A stretch of 63,128 nt of DNA, the filler included, from Aduncisulcus paluster (lineage: Eukaryota): assembly GCA_024181965.1 (NCBI GenBank). It is 8 parts of 8 records of this genome, joined end to end, with 100 filler letters (N's around TTAATTAATTAA, not from the genome) between each part and the next. Parts side by side here need not be neighbours in the genome. Positions count along the whole stretch, not along the records: positions 57,170 to 63,128 come from BQXS01011021.1; 7 more parts are not named here. One strand, written 5' to 3'. The notes under the pieces are model-generated. The model made no database searches and was not told the DNA's origin. It saw only the letters and a program-made list of their open reading frames with translations. This document shows positions 58,105 to 63,128 of this stretch, in pieces; the stretch's first letter is position 1; each line of letters starts with the position of its first letter. The position numbers were made by a program, and so were the translations under genes.

Positions 58105-58938
58105 CTTTACTTGTTAATAATCTATATGTGTGTGTTTTTTGGTGTTGGTATTGGACTTTTTTTATTTCTACTTACATTCTTTAAGACAATAAACAGCTTT
58201 TTTGTATCATATGAATGAAACTATCCATTTTGAAACAATTGATAAAAATGAGAAGGGCTGCTTATAATAGGCAGCTCTCAATGAGTGTTGCGCGATTTTT
58301 GACTGATAATGATAATCTTTTTTCGTCTTGGCTTCGATGCAAGCCAGAAACAAGCAATGCCGTTGCTCGGCGAGTGATAAGAGACACTCAAAGAACTTTT
58401 TTCAAAAATATTTTCTGCAATTAAAAAATAAAAATGCATTATTAAATCAATAATACTTTCATTTTTCGTCAATTGAAAAGAGAAATGTATCAGAATGGAA
58501 TTTTTGGTAAATTGAGCGATTTGGTGTTGTGAGACGCTAAAATGGGATGAAAAATGTCAATAAATAAAAAATTACATATTGTTTATAGGAATTGTCATGA
58601 AATAAATTTGCTAAGGCGAACAAAAGAGGAATTATTTATTTTAGATTGTTCAAAGGATGGTATCATTTAAAATATCATCCAAAAATAGTTCTTAAGGATG
58701 GATACATAAACAAATAGAATCATATCTGCCAAAAATAAGCAGAAGACGACAATACCAGCTTGCATCTCGAAGTGTAAATTATAAAAATGCCAAAGGCCAA
58801 ACATGAGAAAAATGTTGTAAAAAAAAAAAGAGTTATTTTTTTCGCATTGATCTCAGAATAATTCAAAATCGATCATTTCTTTTGTGTTTGTAGCGAGTTA
58901 GTTGTTTCATTTCATAAGCAATCAATTCTTATCGCTAC

Positions 58939-59784
58939 TTACAAAGTTGGTTTGGGGCAGATACCAACGAAAGCGCACATTTCCTGGGGATCGCCACCAG
59001 AATGGAGGAAATTGTAAAGGTCTTCAGAATAGTAACGGTCAAGCTCGTTGCACATGAAAGTGAGGAAAGAAGGAACTATTCCACAGAAAGACTCGATAAG
59101 TTCGTTGAACTCTTCGTATGTCATGTTGGGGTGAAGCTCATCCTCGATCCACTGGGCAAAAACCTCACATGGGCCACACATGGGGTAATTACCATTCACA
59201 GGGGAGGGTTGAGCACGAACAATGGTGGGCATGGCGAAGCAGAGATCAAGTTGAGAGCAGAGAGTGTCGGGATCCTCTTCTTGCTGGAACCATTCATATA
59301 ATTGGGGTCCATCTTCCTTGACAATAGCATTGCAAGTGGTTTTAATGATGGAGGGGAGGAGATCACAAATCTCAAAGAGTTCATCAAGGAATTGATCTTC
59401 GGTCCATCCAGGAAGGAATCTCTCATCGATCATGTCAACAATGTATTCACAAATCTCACAACCCATGTCATCGTTGGAGGGAAGAGCAACAGAGGCGGGG
59501 CAAAGGTCAAGTTGAGCGCAAATAATGTCAGGATCGGTCTCATCTTTGAAAAATTGATAAATGGTTGGTCCGTACTGGTCAGCTTCAGCTTTACAAGCAA
59601 TAGCAAAGAAAGTAGGAATTTCATCGCAAAGGCTGTAGAAATCTTGCATAAATTCATCTAAAGTCATATCAGGAACAAATCTCTCATCAAGTTCATCGAT
59701 AAGAAATTCACAAAGATCACATTCAAATGTGGCAAATACACAAGATACTAACACCAAAATAATACTGAGGAGGAATAGTTTCAT
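58939..59784 (-). CDS. Saposin-like protein precursor with three SapB domains
   Basis: Signal peptide and three CxxC...C...C...(I/L/M)CxxxxxC six-cysteine units. Confidence 0.92.
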   Translation of the reverse strand: MKLFLLSIILVLVSCVFATFECDLCEFLIDELDERFVPDMTLDEFMQDFYSLCDEIPTFFAIACKAEADQYGPTIYQFFKDETDPDIICAQLDLCPASVALPSNDDMGCEICEYIVDMIDERFLPGWTEDQFLDELFEICDLLPSIIKTTCNAIVKEDGPQLYEWFQQEEDPDTLCSQLDLCFAMPTIVRAQPSPVNGNYPMCGPCEVFAQWIEDELHPNMTYEEFNELIESFCGIVPSFLTFMCNELDRYYSEDLYNFLHSGGDPQEMCAFVGICPKPTL

Positions 59785-60275
59785 TTACAAGTTGATTTAG
59801 ATTTTCTGTATATAAATCGTGGGCAACAAGGTTTTCATTTTCATTCAAAGACGAGACAGAATAATATATCAGTTATGAACTCAATATTATTAATGAAAAA
59901 TATCATTTTAACTATTTCGAATATTTATTTTTTTGTTTAGCAAACGAGAAGGACAAAAAACATCTTTTGAGTTTTTCTTCTGATTGGAAAGGTAATATCC
60001 AAATGTAAGATAATAATCTGGATTTTCTGGTTCAATAGATGAAATTATTTAATTCGATACTTTCACATGACTTATAGTTAGCTGAATAAAATCATTTTTT
60101 ATTTTAAGATTGATCATCCATTTTTGAATTTTTGGTTATAGTTGATTTAATCTTACTAATCGGTTTTATTTAGTTTTCTTGATTCAAAATTACAATTTTC
60201 TAAATTTTAGCAGGATTTCTAGCAATTCCCCCATTTTCTCTGGAAAGAAAAAAGTTACCTTTAAAAGTCTTGCAT

Positions 60276-61646
60276 ATGGGGAAGAAAAAAGGAAGTGGGA
60301 TGACGCATGCCCACAAAAAAAAGCCAGTTTCTGCAAAACAAAAGAGACAAATGATGAAAATGAAAAAACAGCAGAAACAAACGATGGAGGAAGGGCTTGA
60401 AAAGGATACAATAGATGTTCATAAAACATATGATAGAGATGAAGTGAAACGTCTTCTTGAGAAAAAGGTTATTTCGAATTTTGTAGCAAAGCGTCTTCGA
60501 GATCCAGAAAGGCTTTTTGTTCGGTTTGTACGCGATAGTGATTCTGAAATTGATCGTAGGCGGAGAGATGGTGAAAAATCTCTCGTTCTTCATCGAAGAC
60601 CTCCTCTTGAAGTCTTTTTGGATGAGAAATGTTGCATTCCCCTCCCTGTCCGTCCTTCATGGTCGTATGAGGATGACAAAGAGACCTTAGACGAGCGTGA
60701 AAAGACCTATTTTGATGAATGGTTGAGACAAATCGGTGTTCAGGAGGAAGATGAACGAAAGGAGCTTCGTGAAAAGTTTTTGGATCTCCAAATGGCTGCT
60801 GACAAGAAGAAAAGGGAGAGAGATCGCATGGAACAGGCCAAAAAACGAGAGATGATATCCAAACAGTACGATAAGAAAGATAGAAAAGAAGAAAGGCTTC
60901 GTTTCCTTGATGAACAAGAAGAAGCCGAAGAGGAGGCTGAATTGGACGTTGTTAAGAAAGAAATCAGATCTATTATGAACAAATCTGATGTGTTCATGAA
61001 GGATATGAACTATTTTGAGACAAATATCGAAGTTTGGAGGCAGTTATGGCGTGTTGTAGAGAGAAGCGATACTGTGGCTGTCGTTGTGGATGCCCGTATC
61101 CCTCTTGCCCATATTCCTCGGAATTTGGTTGACTTTCTCAAGAAACACAACTTACCGTTCTTTGTTATTCTGAATAAGATAGATCTCGTATGTGATAATC
61201 ATATCGGAGATTGGAAACGTTTCCTCATGGAATCATACAGCGATTGTCTCGATGTCATTAGTTTTAAGGCATTGGATGGTGAAGAAGATGGAAAGAGAGT
61301 TATTCGTCGCATGGTTGATGTATGGAGATCTCATGAAAATAAGATGAGGAAGAGAGGATCTCCCGTCAAGCGTAAATATCTTGATATGCAAGGGAAAGGT
61401 GATTCTACGGGATCAAAATCCAAGTCACGAGGTAAGGCAGAGTCCTTAGAAGACGAAGAGATTCCGTTGCACATTGGATTTGTTGGACAACCAAGCGTAG
61501 GTAAAAGTACTGTGATGAACGCTCTTGTAGGGAAGAAGGTGGTGTCTACGAAGGTAACACCAGGTCATACAAAGCATTTCCAGACATATTATCTTGATAA
61601 AGACAGATATTGTGGGGAGGTCGAAGAGGAAGAAGAGGAAGAAGAG

Positions 61647-61677
<31 letters not shown>

Positions 61678-62315
61678 GAAAGGAACAAGAAGAAGAAGGA
61701 GATGAGGAAGGGAAAGAGAAACATCGTGTTATCATATCGAGAGCTGCCAAAAGAGCCGAGAAACGTTCTGCCAAGATTGCTCATCGAGGTTCAGTAATTC
61801 TCATTGATTGTCCTGGAATCGTCCTTCCTGTTCGTCGCTGCCCGAAGGCTCTGCAAGTTCTTATTGGAGTTTATCATATAGAACGATCCAGGGAGTTTAC
61901 AAGTGTCATTAGGCTTCTTCTCGAAGCTGTTCCTGCACTCTTAGCGTCAATGCCACAAAGAATAGTCGAAAAAAGTGAAGAAGAGGCCAGAAATGAGCTT
62001 AAGAGGAGGATATTCAAGGCTGAGAAGGAAGAACGGATTGTTCAAAGCTTGGTAATGACTCCTGTTACTCAGAAAGAAGGAGAGGAAGAGAGAGGTGAGG
62101 AAGAGATGGAATATGGTAAGGCCCAAACAATTAGTGACGAAGTGAGACATGTCTCAGATATTGTTATTTCTCCTGCAATCTTCCTTGAGAGATTTGCATA
62201 CGCCAAACACTTAATGAGTAGGAGTGGAGGCATTGATGTTCATCGGGCTGGAATAACTATCCTTAAAGATGTTGTAGCTGGAAAGATATCATTCGAATTC
62301 CCACCGCCAATATGA
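60276..62315 (+). CDS. GNL1: Circularly permuted YlqF/YawG GTPase, GNL1-like
   Basis: KKPVSAKQKR, PVRPSWSY, FETNIEVWRQLWRV; G4 NKID before G1 GQPSVGKST, G2 TPGHTKHFQT, G3 DCPG. First ATG at 60276. Confidence 0.88.
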
Positions 62316-62721
62316 ATTTATTATGGAAATGATCTTCGTTCAATAAATAGCCTATTTATAGTTACTGAGTAACTAAGTTACTGTAACTTACTAGCACTGA
62401 GTGCTCATACTCTTCCCACATCCTGAGGTTATGACCTTCTTCTTGTGTCACCATACCTATGTGTTCAACTATCTTCCAAACTCCGCGCCAAGTTGGAGAA
62501 AAAAAGAAAAATGAAGCATTATCAGGACTCATAAGATGTTATACAATATCTGCTGTCGGGTGGAACGAGAAAAGGTCTAGAGGCGAGAAATCACCAAAAC
62601 CACTAAAAAATGCCAAATCAACAACAGAAGACTCGACCCGATGGTATTCTCCAATTACAACATGAATTTAGCATCATGGAGAAGAACTTTGTAATTCGAT
62701 GTGTTGGCAAATAGGGAGATA

Positions 62722-62976
62722 ATGAAACGGATTTTGAATGTCATTGTCAGGAGTGGACTCACAAGGATGGCATTTAATATATGTTCCAAAGAAAATGTTC
62801 ATATATTTTTATGCATATATTATACGATATCACTTCCTGAGTTTGCCAATCGGGGGTTGTGGGTTTGGTCGTTATCTTTTCTTTCGTTAATAACACATTA
62901 TATATTTACTATATGTCATATCTGTTGTTAAATACATATTAAGATATATATTAATCATTGTCATCCAAATTCACTG
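62722..62976 (+). repeat. Dispersed non-coding element, copy 2 (homologous to 10945-11195)
   Basis: Same 29-nt exact core and colinear flanks. Confidence 0.85.
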
Positions 62977-63128
62977 ACTAGATCGTGCTGTGTGGTCGTT
63001 TCTTGTTCGTGCTTGTTTTTGTCTTTGTTTCTCGGACTGTTCTCCTTGAAATTCGCAATTATTCCGTTTGTTCACAAATACTATTATTATTCTGCTTGTT
63101 TTTATTTTTTAGACAAGAAATTCTATCG

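Noticed and set aside
58215-58424. 69-aa ATG-initiated ORF
   Set aside because: Short, with no recognisable features; cannot be supported as a gene.
1-63128. Alternative genetic code (TAA/TAG = Gln, as in hexamitid diplomonads)
   Set aside because: Conserved genes are fully open in the standard code and end at TAA where expected (centrin, IleRS).

Overview
Eukaryotic, AT-rich, gene-dense and intron-poor protist DNA read with the standard code (TAA/TAG act as stops). It is not one continuous locus. Eight contigs (1-5372, 5473-10647, 10748-16355, 16456-24532, 24633-42883, 42984-48171, 48272-57069, 57170-63128) are joined by artificial 100-nt N44-TTAATTAATTAA-N44 linkers, and there are two N20 gaps flanked by duplicated sequence, so gene neighbourhoods across linkers mean nothing. 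The lineage-specific repeat-protein families and the centrin, jouberin and LRR/EGF surface genes suggest a flagellated free-living fornicate (Carpediemonas-like, e.g. Aduncisulcus). That assignment is from recall only. Recognisable genes: cytosolic-type IleRS, centrin (intron directly after the ATG), an AGC/PKB-like kinase, GNL1 GTPase, jouberin/AHI1, a three-domain saposin-like protein, a BPI/LBP-like protein, an MBL-fold hydrolase, a flavin disulfide oxidoreductase, a dihydropyrimidinase pseudogene, and LRR/EGF surface proteins. I cannot establish a new biological system from the sequence alone. The best candidate is a three-unit, ~94-nt, motif-conserved non-coding array at 47474-47740, directly upstream of a truncated gag-like ORF. 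Other notable items are a 53-nt insertion flanked by 18-bp direct repeats, a conserved ~250-bp non-coding element on two contigs, and a possible CatSper auxiliary subunit homologue.
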